Source: an uncultured bacterium
GTDB taxonomy: Bacteria > Patescibacteriota > Microgenomatia > UBA1400 > UBA12108
Direction: 5' to 3'
Assembly (NCBI GenBank): GCA_903945195.1
Contig: CAJAUT010000023.1
Span: forward strand, 1-59,204
DNA: 59,204 nt
This document shows positions 59,064 through 59,204 of the stretch, one piece after another; the stretch's first letter is position 1; each line of letters opens with the position of its first letter. Both the position numbers and the translations under genes were made by a program. The notes under the pieces were generated by a model. That model saw only the letters and a list, made by a program, of their open reading frames with translations, was not told the DNA's origin and searched no databases.

Positions 59064-59204
59064 CCTACATTCGCACTTGAAACGCACCACCTTGTTGTTT
59101 AAGTAATCCCAGTTCCTTAGTTATTATCTCATACGGAGTCATATACCCGAGACACTTCTTGGGAGTATGGTTGAGCCAGTCTTCAACGAGCTGAACTTTG
59201 TGAA
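59064..59204 (-). mobile_element. IS30-family transposase C-terminus and right end (truncated by window edge)
   Basis: Minus frame reads ...VEDWLNHTPKKCLGYMTPYE...GAFQVRM*, matching the IS30 LN.RPRK.LG..TP.E motif; the stop lies inside the element end. Confidence 0.8.

Overview
A ~59 kb bacterial contig, most likely Patescibacteria/CPR (Microgenomates-like). This is inferred from the intron-containing rRNAs, the 16S primer-site variants and the streamlined gene set; the genetic code is standard code 11. It is bounded by an IS3-family fragment on the left (inserted in an HD-GYP gene) and an IS30-family fragment on the right. Main contents: (1) a sortase next to a 1553-aa LPxTG surface protein that looks like a two-part polyprotein; (2) a split rRNA locus, with 16S carrying a LAGLIDADG group I intron at S1498, a ~2 kb spacer holding two CDS, an inverted tRNA-Ile and a decayed tRNA-Ile, then tRNA-Ala-23S-5S with group I introns at L1917 and L2504; (3) galE, ftsEX plus a C39-type hydrolase, prfB, a complete IS256-like element with an 8-bp target duplication, and nfo; (4) two MacB-type ABC modules flanking a 1729-aa Gly-rich/FN3 surface protein; (5) an atypical tRNA-Pro(GGG), sod, murF, a signal peptidase-CAP fusion, truB, secA, serS, a lysS-HD fusion, greA, ung and a P-type ATPase. 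Three window-wide signals are not explained by the gene list: several families of tiny palindromic elements sitting in-frame in proteins, rRNA and tRNA; a -10 box 6-7 nt before most start codons (leaderless architecture); and strong CTAG over-representation. All coordinates and counts were read by eye.
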